NCBI RefSeq assembly: GCF_030684315.1 | Contig: NC_081357.1 | Coordinates: forward strand, 48,285,517-48,349,516 | Origin: Stegostoma tigrinum | Lineage: Eukaryota | Direction: 5' to 3' | DNA length: 64,000 nt | The notes under the pieces: model-generated | What the model was told of the DNA's origin: nothing | The model's database searches: none | What the model saw: only the letters and a program-made list of their open reading frames with translations | Shown here: positions 53,587 through 64,000 of the stretch, in pieces | Numbering within the stretch: the stretch's first letter is position 1 | Layout of the letters: each line of letters begins with the position of its first letter | Position numbers and translations under genes: made by a program

Positions 53587-54235
53587 GTTACGGTCTAGTA
53601 AGCTTATGGCAATTCTATCTTTACTTTAACAAGTGCAGGCAGCAGGATAAATGCTTAAAACGATTGGCAGTAATGTGGGAGATTTAGTTACAGACTGGCA
53701 ACAGGCAGTATACACAAAATGAGTTGCGTCCAGAAACAAGTAGCTGGTTGACAACCGATCACCATTTCCAGGCTAATGACAAAGGCCTTCTGCCTATCAA
53801 AAATTATGATTAACTCCCTGCTGGCTGAATAATTTGTGGGTGAGAATGTTTGGCCAGAATAGAAGGAGCAGTTTTTCCTGCTCCATGGTTTAGAAAAATT
53901 AATTCCAAAGAAAACCAGTTTTCTACAGTCACTAAGCTAATGACTTTTAACCAATATCTCAGACTTTCTAAGTGTGAGCCAGTTGCTCCATGCCTCCTGC
54001 AAGCCAGTGAATGCACTAGAGATGAAAGGTTGGAGGAGCAGCAAGTCCATCAAGCCAAACAAGTTCTCAGCAAACAGTGGACAGGGACCATTAAAGCTTC
54101 TTTCCCAGTCTTGCCCTTTGCCCGTACCATTCATGTCTTTAGTTTTATCGTCTCGTCTCTTTTTGCATTTGAGAAGAGGATCTTTTATAAAAGGTGTTAA
54201 AAGTTTGAAGGTGTAGTTCACATCAGCAATTCAGA

Positions 54236-54321
54236 GCTTGAGTTCTGAGGAAGGGTCACCGGACCCGAAATGTTTTCTCCTCCACAGATGCTGCCAGACC
54301 TGTGAGCAACTTTGTTTTTGT
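54236..54321 (+). mobile_element. PLE family P3 monomer with near-intact HHR
   Basis: agtt-CTGAGGA-a-GGGTC-accg-GACCC-GAAAt-GTT at 54241-54274. Perfect 11-bp TSD agcaattcaga (54225-54235, 54322-54332). A decayed relative lies near 35640-35735. Confidence 0.8.
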
Positions 54322-56229
54322 AGCAATTCAGATCCTACTTAAGGTGAACAGCTCTACTTGTTATAAATAGTAATTCTTGTTCAGTACAGAAAGCTGGTCC
54401 ATTTTTTCATGTTCGAGTCTAAATATCAGGTAAATTGGGGCATTTTGCATACTTTCATAGGTGTTAACTCCAGGAATAGCAGCACACCACTCTAACACTA
54501 ATATTTAATATTTGAATCATTGTATTACTTTTTTAAAAAACTGAGTGTACAGTACTACTCTCCTTGTGTATTGCTCTTTTAAAGACCATGTGGAGCTCAG
54601 TTAGTGATAAACAAAATATTTAAGCAAAGAAACTTATGCATTCTCAACCATTAACAGAATCACCAAGGTTAGAAAGGACTTCATTTTCTTTTAATGGACC
54701 ATTCTATCTGGAGTTAAACACCACAAAAACAGGCCATTTGAGCCAATCAGATCATGCTCCAGTACAACCTCTTCTCACGCTTTTTAATCTGAACGCAGAT
54801 GTTTGCAATTTCTATTTCCAGAGATTTTGTACTAGATTTCAACTTGGTAGAAACTTGACGCAGAATCCGCACATTATGGGGGTGGGCTATTTGGCCCATC
54901 AAGTCCACACCAACCCCTTTTCTTTTTCAAAGAGAAATCTGCCTGATACTATGACCTGGCTGTGACTCATCTGTCCAATCTCTGTCCCAGTCAAAGAATC
55001 CCTTCAGAATGGAGCTTGACAAGTCAGTATTCAACTTCGAGGGAGAATGCAAGTGTCATCACATTGTTTTAACTGTACTTAATATGGACAATCACAGATC
55101 ATCTACAATGTTGCACAGGTTTGAATTCTGCTTTGATGAACAGACACACAGTTGCTAACTTTCAGCAAGTAACTCAAAATGCAACAGAATCATTTCCAGA
55201 TTCTCAAGGAGGAATGTCCTGTTTTGACAAAACTTGGGGAAGGTGGTCACACCCCCAAAAAAATACATACAAATTTTGTCCTCTTTTATAACTGTGAAGC
55301 ATCTTTCCACAGATCTAGCTTCAGTGGTTGAGTGGGAGTCCAGCAATAAAAGGGCCTTGGCCAATCTAAGTTCATTTTAATAGCATGCAGAATAGCACCT
55401 CTGAAACACAACCTCTGATGTTAGAAAGACAAAGGCAATAAGAACATGACCTTCAACTTGTCCTCCAACACTCAATTCAGATTTGAAAACAGACCAACAG
55501 TCAGCAACATCCTGTTTCAGATTACTGGGAACATCTTAACAGCCCAGCGGGAGGGACCTACGTCAAACACAGACTGCAATAGTTCACAAGGTATAGCTCA
55601 ACATCTCCTACTTGAGCATAATTAGGATGGGTAATAAATGCTGGCATTTAGCAACACAGCCTATGAATGAATAAGTTGTAAGTATGTTGAAAAAATTCAA
55701 CTAAAAATTTGAATTTACTTGTCCACCAGGATTCCAGACTAGCATCAGCATGTGACAACTGACTGAAGATACACTCATCTTCTAACCCACAACCAATGCC
55801 TCACACAGTCACCTTTGACTGCTACTTCCTCCCCCCTCACCCACATCCACCCCCAACCAAGGGGGAACAATGAGCAATCAAAACTCACCCCTCTAAAATG
55901 ATATGTCTCAGTGACAGAATCAACAACACTACACAAAGGGCTATCTCCATACATCCGAGTAACTAATTTAGAAAGTGTACTTGTTCTACATTAGAGTCAT
56001 GTTTCTTTCCAGCAGAGTGGAAACATTCAACTATTTTTTGAGCTGTAACAGCAAGATTAAGGTAGTGCTAACACAGCACACCTGTTTGTGTGCTCAAATA
56101 GTTATTGACCTGTTAGGAAACTTGACAGCCAACTGATTGACAGTTACACCTGCCACCAATGTCACGACAAAACGTGGATCTGTTTAAAATTGTCTTCACA
56201 ATAGATGTGTGTTGCATTGCATCACTTAC

Positions 56230-56379
56230 CGTGGTCTGCGAAATACAAGTCCATAATTCTGACAAGCCAGGCCGACTGTGGGTGTATAAACAATGGGCAT
56301 GAACCTCTCAATGTCTGAAGTCAGTGCTCTGTAGAAGAGCTTTTCATTTCGGTCTTGAAGGGCACTTAGAAATATGTAC
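56230..56379 (-). CDS. ME1: Malic enzyme coding exon (equivalent to ME1 exon 3, 150 bp)
   Basis: Minus strand: ttttaAG|G TAC ATA TTT...AGA CCA CG|GTAAGT. Translates (R)[49 protein letters not shown](R), including the catalytic Tyr motif PIVYTPTVG. Length and phase 2-2 match vertebrate ME1/ME3 exon structure. Not captured by the ORF track. Confidence 0.95.
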
Positions 56380-56882
56380 CTTAAAATTGATAAAAAGGGC
56401 AAATTAAGAAAAAATTAATTTGTTAAAGAAAGCAGGCAACGCATGTTCCATTAGACCAATTATAAAAAGCAAAAAGGCAAATATTTATTGTGTTAACAGT
56501 ACGAACTTTCATTAAAAGTGTTAAAAAGCTCAAAGATGGAAAATTTTGAGAGAAGAGTTTGAATACTGACCATATTTACAGGCAAACTATTGCATAGTAA
56601 CCATAAAAAAGGAGTTTAAACATCTTTTTGGGTTTATGATAAATACCAAGTTTGCAACTAAAATTAAATTCACCTATTACCAAATATTCACTTCACAGCA
56701 GTGATGTAAACCCTTGATAAATAATATCACAAGGTAAAAAAGTGCAGGAAGAACCCTCCAAAAAATCAATGCAATTCATTTAAATTGCTCAATTCTATAT
56801 CAAGAATACAAGTCAGGAATTTGCTTCCAGCAAGCCAAAAACACTTTTTTGCCTTCCATACAAAATAGTAACATGTTATATG

Positions 56883-57208
56883 CCAGCTCTGAAGTCTGCC
56901 ACTGGCCAAAATGGACAAATAAAGCAACATTGACACATTGAAAAAAAGCCAGGTTCACTGGCCAGTGATAACAGGAACTGCAGATGCTGGAAAATCGAGA
57001 TAACAAAGTGTGGAGCGAGATGAACACAGCAGACCAAGCAGCATCTCAGGAGCACAAAAGCTGACATTTCGGGCCTAGACTCTTCGTCAGTTCACTGACC
57101 ACCTTGTTCAAACTTGACTGACAATAAAATTGTTGCAATGTTACTTCAGTGCCCATCTGAAGTTGGCAACAGAAACCAAACAAAAGACAGAAGGCAGATT
57201 TCAGCATA
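56883..57208. repeat. Unclassified dispersed repeat, copy B (carries a P1 insert at 56965-57089)
   Basis: Homolog of 11067-11325. TSD gttcactggcca (56953-56964) / gttcactgacca (57090-57101). Confidence 0.9.
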
Positions 57209-57854
57209 AGGTCACAAATATCCAGAAGAGGACACGCAAAGAATGCAGAATGTACAAAGTATCCACTTAGTACAGGAATACTTCTTCCTAAAAGAGATTT
57301 ATCAAACAATTTAAGTTTTGTAGCCCAATGCTTCTGTACACATTCTATTGTGCTGAAAAGATGGTGCGAGACTTAGAAGTCTGAAATCTGGTCCTTTATT
57401 TGGGAATTATTGCATGCCCCAAAATTCCATCGAGGATTCATACCCAAAATCATTCAGTTTGGTTTTCTTGGGACATAATGGCACGTCAAAAAAGTACTGT
57501 ATAAAAGGGAGGGACACAAACTTCCAAGTATTCGATTTCATCTTTACCTAATATTTTCCTTCATTCTTTGATTTCACAACTTTTGTCAGAAGGTTTCATT
57601 ATGGTTAGATTAGAAACTGGTAAATATCTTACCTTGAATGGAACGTCATGCAGGCAAGGGCACACAGGTGTTGAGAAATCAAGTATTCTTTACATTCTAT
57701 TTATTTTTGTCAGTAAATTAAACACACCTCCAAAATATACTATTCCTTTTATCAACCTACACTTGCACGCAAGGACAAACAGACTATCTAGTTCCACTAC
57801 CAAAGCATTTCCAGACTGAAACCATGCCCTTAGAATCAGATATCTACAACCCTT

Positions 57855-58315
57855 AGAGGCCCTTAGGTCCATTGAGTCGATAGCAGTCAAAAACAGCCAC
57901 CTAATTATCCTAATCCCATTGACTAGTGCTTGGTTTAGGGCATTTAAGCCTTGACACGACCAGTACACATCTAAATGCTGAAGCATGGGGGGGTCTCATT
58001 CTCCAACACCCTTACAAGTCGCGAGTTCCAAATTCCCACTTCCTTCAAGATGAAAAAGAAAAGCATTTCTCTCCCCCACCGCACTCCCCTCCCCACCGTC
58101 TTAGATTCTCTCCAAATCTCTAGCCCTTGCCTCAAATTTGTGTCTTGGTCATCGAGCCCTCTATCAAGGGAAAATGTTTCTACCTGTCTGCCCCACTTGA
58201 TTTTACACAACTCATTCATGTGTCCACTCAGTTTCCTCTGCTTCAAGGGAAGCAATCCTAATCTATCCAATTTCACTTCATAAGGATAAGCCTCCAGTCC
58301 AGGCAAAGTTTTAGA
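57855..58315 (-). mobile_element. CR1 LINE 3' fragment
   Basis: ORF 57971-58327 LPGLEAYPYEVKLDRLGLLPLKQRKLSG..VGIWNS. Confidence 0.75.
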
Positions 58316-58349
58316 TAGTTCCAGCATAACCTTAATACTTTAAAAGGTC

Positions 58350-58885
58350 TACACTTCAGCCTTGTTATCTCTAGACCAGCCTCTCCTGTTGTCTATCCTC
58401 TCTAATCTTAAACTCATCCAAAACACAGGCACCTACATCCTATAATGCATAAAATGCCACTCATTAATCACACTTGTGTTCAGAGATCCCTTCATTGGCA
58501 CTCGGCTAAGCAATTCAAATTTTAAAATTCTCAAAATTTTTACTTCCAAATCCTGCCATGGCCTTCACCTCTCTAGTGCCATTATCTCCTCCAGCTCCAC
58601 AACCATCCAAGATACCCCCATGTTAATTAAATTTGCTTCCAGTGTAATCTCATTTGTAAAACTGCTTCACCAACAACAACCATACCTTCAACTTCTAAGG
58701 ACCAAGAAAGATGCGGCATTCCCTGCCTAAATCTCAGTGTTTCTTTTTCCTCCTTCAAAATTCTCCTTAATATCAAACTTTTCTGTCCAAGGTCTTGGTA
58801 AGCTGTCCTAATATCTGACATTTCCTGTAGCAGTGGACCAAATTCTGTTTGGAGTACTTCCAAAGTGCCATTATAACATCAAAAA
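58350..58885 (+). mobile_element. Decayed L2 LINE 3' region
   Basis: Relics of the L2 segments LKLIQN, ITxVxxDLHW and FKILxxxxKSxHGL (aattttaaaattctc..caaatcctgccatggcctt). Confidence 0.6.
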
Positions 58886-59339
58886 GTCAAGAAGATCAAC
58901 AGATAAAGACTTCACTTTTAAACTTCAAGTCTCAAAGAAACCATCCAAGATCTTTAAACAGTCACTTTTCATAGTGGACTGTTTGGGCTTGAATTCAAAT
59001 CTCTGTTCAATTATCATAAAAGCTTTGTCTTCTAGTTTCAGTGGCTATTACTTCATGAAACTATTACTTCATAGCAAGGAACAAAGAATGGGGAAGTCGG
59101 AGAGAAGACTGCCATTTCTTTAAAGGGAAGTTTATAGGTGCAAGGAACGGATAGTGAGCTTCAAACCTAGTAGGAAGGTGATGAACCTGACTTTACAGAA
59201 TTCCTTTTAAAACATTAGCATCTCCCAAACTGATTCAAGCAAGTATTAAAGTAACTTACAGATACTATGAATTCAGAATCCAGGGAACAGATAGAAAAAT
59301 AATTTCTACACATGCTTAATAATTCATTAGAAACTGTGT

Positions 59340-60640
59340 CACTTCCAAGGACTGGGATTAGCTAACACAATACCTATATTCAGGAAGTGGGACAGAATAT
59401 GCTCAGAGAATAATCAAAGCAGATAAATAACACTCCTGTAAAGTGTCTTTGGACATTTTACTGCATTAAAAGGCACTGAGTAAATAGTTACAATACTTGA
59501 AATTAATATTTATACTAGGTTCTTGTTAGAAGCAGCAGTGATAGGAATCAATGAAATCCCCACAAAAAACAGAACATAAAAGACCCCATTTAGAAACCTA
59601 AAATGTAATTATGAATACTTAGGTTGGAACTCCGAACAGAAAATGTTGTTTGACCAATTCTATTGACTCTTTGGATGGTCGTAACAGAGACCTGATAACA
59701 GTAACACAGATGTCATTCATCTGAGCTTTCAAAAATAAAATCTAACAATAAAAGGGTGTCTCAGGGCAGACTGATGAACATGGAGTCAAAGAAACAAATT
59801 GCAGAATGTATTGTTAGTTGACCTCTAAGTAGGAATCAAAGAATGAGACGAAAGAGCAGTTATTCGGTTACTCAGAGTCATGTTCCACAAGGATCAGTGC
59901 TGGGACTACTGTTGCTCACAACTCTGGTGTTTTAAACTTGGGAATCAAAAACAAATTCTACATTTGAGAATTACATTGAACTTGGGAAGATTGTCTTCCT
60001 TGGTATAGTCTAACTATAGAAAGACATGAATAAGCTTGCAGAATGGAAAAACAAGGCAAATGATAAATGTGCTAGTACAATTTGACAGGATAAGGAAGTC
60101 GTTCATTACCTGGACAGTGCAAGTCCAGGTGGGGTGGAGGCACAAGGGATCTCAGAGTATACATGCATCAAAGTTATGCTGCTGTTTAACACGGCCACAA
60201 AAACAAAGCAACCTAGCATTAGATTTTTTCTGAAAGGATAAGGGAGAAAAGTTAAAGCTGCACCGAACTTTGGTTAGGCCACAGTTAAAGAGTACTGCCT
60301 GCCAACTAGTTGCCATATTATAAAATTGCATTCAAGGGGATGCAGAAGATATTCAAGGTTTTTTTTTAAATTTGAAAATGTATAGGCATACATCCAGGAA
60401 GGCAGAGTCTTGGGTCTCTTAACCAATTCAATGTCTTTAAATTTATGAAAGGTTTTGATGGATAAGAGAAAACATTTCCTCTTGTGGGGAGGATCATAGC
60501 TAAAAGCAGTCGGTACAAATTCAAGTAATCCAAATGGGGAAATTCCACTACAGGGACTAAGTTGATGGAAACAGAATAGATGACACAGACACACTTAATT
60601 GAAGCTGAGAAGACACTCAAAGTTGAGTATATAGAGATCA
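59340..60640 (+). mobile_element. Old CR1 LINE RT relic
   Basis: gctaacacaatacctatattcaggaag (ANxxPIFKK), gttccacaaggatcagtgctggga (VPQGSVLG), ttggttaggccacagttaaagagtactg (LVRPxLEYC). Confidence 0.7.
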
Positions 60641-61410
60641 GCACAAAAATTTGCTAAAAAATTTACTCTAATGGTGATCATGTAGCCATGGTCAGTTGTC
60701 AAACACACATCTGGTTTATGAATGTCCTTTAGGGAAAGAAAATCATCACCCGATTTGGCCTATATGACTCCAGACTCTCAATGTGATCGAGTCTTAACCA
60801 TACCCTAAAATGGTCTCAAGTCAAGCAGTTCAAAGGCAAATGAGAGGGATGGGCAACACTCATCCCATGAAGAAAACAGAATTAGATTTAGCAAAGCGAA
60901 TCAGTTTTACTATACTTAAATTTGTCAAGCCATTCTTACCGGTCAAGGTCATCTTTTCTCATTTCATAGTTTTTCAGCACCTGAAGAACCTGCACATTCT
61001 GGTCAAGAACACAAGGGGGCAGAAGACCATGGATACCTAGTTGTTGTCTCTCTTCCAATGTAAAGGCCAAGCCCTAAAAAAAAGGAAATGAAATGGCAGG
61101 TTATATGGGTTGCTCAGTCTTGCCACCTTATACAGAGGCCAAACCCCTGATCAACAAGCTGGAAAGCTTCCCAAAATGACACTGGCGCAGTGAAGGTCCG
61201 ATCGGGTTAAACACATGGTTTCTCTAACAGACCTGTGCGCTCTCATCCTCAGCATCTCCCCGATTGGGTGTCTCAGACTTTTCAGCCTTAAAATGTAGTC
61301 AGTGAGGTTTAAAAAAAAATTAGTAAGCACAATTGTAAGTATACCTACCATATAGAAAATGTATACCACATATGAGAAAGTGAGGTGGAAACATGCCCCA
61401 AAAGATTTCT

Positions 61411-61534
61411 GAGATAATGGGAACTGCAGATGCTGGAGATTCCAAGATAATAAAATGTGAGGCTGGATGAACACAGCAGGCCAAGCAGCATCTCAGGAGC
61501 ACAAAAGCTGACGTTTCGGGCCTAGACCCTTCAT
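61411..61534 (-). mobile_element. Young PLE P1 monomer (124 bp) headed by an HHR lacking only C3
   Basis: Perfect 12-bp TSD caaaagatttct (61399-61410, 61535-61546). Minus strand tTGATGAAGGGTCTAGGCCCGAAACGTCAGC; nearly identical to the 47507 arms. Confidence 0.92.
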
Positions 61535-61859
61535 CAAAAGATTTCTAACAAGTTTTAAAATCACAGGAATTATTCAAGGAATTTGCTCTACAAGTTTCTC
61601 ACTTCTAAACATTTCAATTTTGACAACTGATTAAATGTCAGTCATCTATCAATCATTGTCACATATTTTGTTACTTTCCAGTGTGTATTGTGTCACATAA
61701 ATACTGCATACATTTTCCAGCTTTGAGTTTGCAATGAATGCAAGCATTGCATTTAAAGAGGGAGGAAGCAATTTGCCTAATTTCAATGGAAAATACCTAA
61801 TAACAGAAATTTATTTTATCTTTTGAAGTTATTATACTAGCTGATTACAATTTGGAGGA

Positions 61860-62600
61860 AAAGCATGGGCCCAGACAACCATGCCTGTCAAAAACAAATC
61901 TATAAGAGCCTCATATGCCTTAGCATTACACGTAAACACTTCAGTGTTATGAGGGGGTCAGCCTTGACCAGCCACACAAGGAGAGAGTTCCAGTTTCCCA
62001 ACAGCCTCTATTTGAAAGACAATTTTCTCTTCATCGTCTCAGTCTTCAGACACTTACCTGAAATCTGTGTCCCCTGGCCTTTGATCCCTCCAAGCAGAAA
62101 AGGTTGTTTTGCTTTATCAATATCCCTTGATTTTATACAAGGCAAACACATTTCCTTTCTAATAACATAATTCAGACAAATTACAGCCAGCAGTGCCAGT
62201 AAAATCTTTTTGAATTTTTAGTTTAAAAAGTGCTAGAAATTGCCAGCTGATGTCCCTCAGGTCGCTTCAAAATATTTCCCCTCTCAATTTAAACCTATGC
62301 CCTCTAGTTCTGGACTCCCCTATCCTAGGAAAAGGGCCCTGTCTTTGCCCCTCATGAACTTGTAAAATCTCAGTCACCCCTCAGCTGCTGGGAGGGTAGT
62401 CCCAGCCTCCTCTTGTAATTCACTTCTTCCAGTCTCGGTAACACGCTTGTAAACTTTTTTTCTGCACCCTTTTCAGTTTGATAACACCCTTCCTAAAAGC
62501 AGGACGGCCAGAATTGTATGCAGGGCTCCAGATTTTGCCTTACCAATGCCTTTTACAGCTGTTACATGACATCCTAACTCAATGCTCTTACCAATGAAGC
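61860..62600 (-). mobile_element. Two CR1 LINE fragments
   Basis: gagagttccagtttccca..(61860-62150); ttaaacctatgccctctagttctggactcccc..ccagaattgtatgcag (62260-62600). Confidence 0.7.
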
Positions 62601-62799
62601 TAACTTATTGAATTATAATAAAACTAAATCAAGATTTAAATTTACACAGATGCCATTGGGGTGTGATTAGCTTATTTGGGATGTACAATGTCATCACAAA
62701 AAAAAAGTCCCACCTTATCAACCTCACCCCTCGCCTGAGGAGCAGAGATCCTAAAATTCTTAAAAGGCAAGCCCAAATAGATAAAAACCAAAAGAATAC

Positions 62800-62894
62800 T
62801 GTAGGTTAGATGGGCTTGAGATCGGTATGACAGGTCAGCACAACATCGAGGGCCGAAGGGCCTGTACTGTGCTGTAATGTTCTATGTTCTATGT
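62800..62894 (+). mobile_element. CR1/HER1 3' tail
   Basis: gcacaacatcgagggccgaagggcctgtactgtgctgtaatgttctatgttctatgtt. Confidence 0.85.
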
Positions 62895-63961
62895 TAAACT
62901 CACCACCAGCAGACGGTCTGAAATGAGAGAGCAGCCCTACTGGGAGGCTATTATGACTTCACCTTTATCTAGATCAGAATACTTCTAACAATCCAGATGC
63001 ATGTAAGTTAGTCAATTCCATCTCTATAAAAAAAACTTCCAAAATTACATCCTGGCTTTCACACACCAAATCCTAGCTGTTTTCTCCTTTAATATTTTCA
63101 TCAGTATATCATTTTTCTTCTACTGCATTTTTTTTCACTGCATGTCAGCATGTCCTATTGTATAATCCCATATCTCTTCCCACCACCAGGAACAACTAAA
63201 TCTTTTATTTGAAAAATGTACCAGAATTCAGTTGAATTCTTGCCAGAGTGCAAATTCCAGCATTTGACCTCAAAGGGAATGAAGCTGACATTTTCTAAGT
63301 TTAAGAACATGATCAAGAAGCAAGACTTCATATACATAAAAAGGAGACATAAAATGAAAGAGAGAGACTTTTAAGGGGGGAGAAAAAGAAAAACCCAGCT
63401 GATGCAGTAAACCTGCTCCAACCTTGATGCAACTGAAGCATGACTTCCTGTACTCCAGCTGTCTACCCTGAGGATTGCATAACTGCTCGAGAGCACTAAC
63501 TTTAAATTTCTTCAATAATGGGATAAGGAAAACACTGAATCTAGAGGACCAAAGGACAAGCTGTATTCAGATATTGACTAAAATGTGCAGTAACTGAAGT
63601 GTCAAGCAGAAATTCAACTGTGCTGATGACTTGGAGGCAGACACTGTTGCTTGTGTGGGCAGTAGCAGAGTAAATTCTGAAGTTGGATTTAAGCTGCTAA
63701 TCCTGCAAATACAAACTGGCTTTGCTTTTTGCATGGATTTGGCAATACACATTTTAAACTAAAACATCAAATTATCTCTTTTGCTAACCTGGTGAATACA
63801 CCACAAGCTGAACCTTGAAGGCATAATCTTCAACTATGAAGGTAAAGCAATTCATATTTACTTGTCAATATCACAAGCAAGCAATCAGCAATGCAAAAGG
63901 TTAGCAAATGCCCCATGGAAAGTTAAATAATAGGTTTGTGACAAGTTATCAGAAGAACCCC

Positions 63962-64000
63962 AATTCTGAGAAAGGGTCACTAGGCCCAAAACGTTAACTG
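63962..64000 (+). mobile_element. PLE P3 degenerate HHR at the window edge
   Basis: aatt-CTGAGAA-a-GGGTC-acta-GGCCC-AAAAC-GTT-aact, with two core G>A changes relative to the 54245 copy. Confidence 0.65.

Noticed and set aside
53937-54221. ORF containing IKDPLL, reminiscent of ME1 exon 6 (LKDPLY)
   Set aside because: No further similarity, wrong order (inside intron 3), and no fitting splice sites.
63270-63515. Candidate for ME1 exon 2
   Set aside because: No FTLEER/HGLLPP motif; exon 2 is probably beyond position 64000.

Overview
Eukaryotic, AT-rich, repeat-dense intronic DNA whose repeat repertoire (HE1-like V-SINEs, HER1/CR1 LINEs, Deu-domain SINE relics, Penelope-like elements) points to a cartilaginous fish, probably a shark; this is inferred. 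The only host gene is a minus-strand malic enzyme, most similar to cytosolic NADP-dependent ME1. Three consecutive coding exons are present (150, 76 and 162 bp, matching vertebrate ME1 exons 3-5), with canonical AG/GT sites and compatible phases, separated by introns of 30.1 kb and 1.7 kb. Nearly all other ORFs in the track are spurious or are decayed retroelement fragments. The most interesting content is a set of small Penelope-like (PLE) insertions from at least three families carrying minimal type-I hammerhead ribozyme (HHR) motifs (CTGANGA-N-stemII-GAAACGTY). They occur as tail-out foldbacks, 85-125 bp HHR-headed monomers and a solo tail, mostly with 11-17 bp target-site duplications (TSDs). 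Their 5' ends cluster at the ribozyme core, three copies share a 3-nt core deletion, and two copies of an unnamed repeat 45 kb apart both carry a PLE insert at the same 11-bp site. Boundaries of old repeats are approximate (read by eye), and family labels P1-P4 and B are my own.
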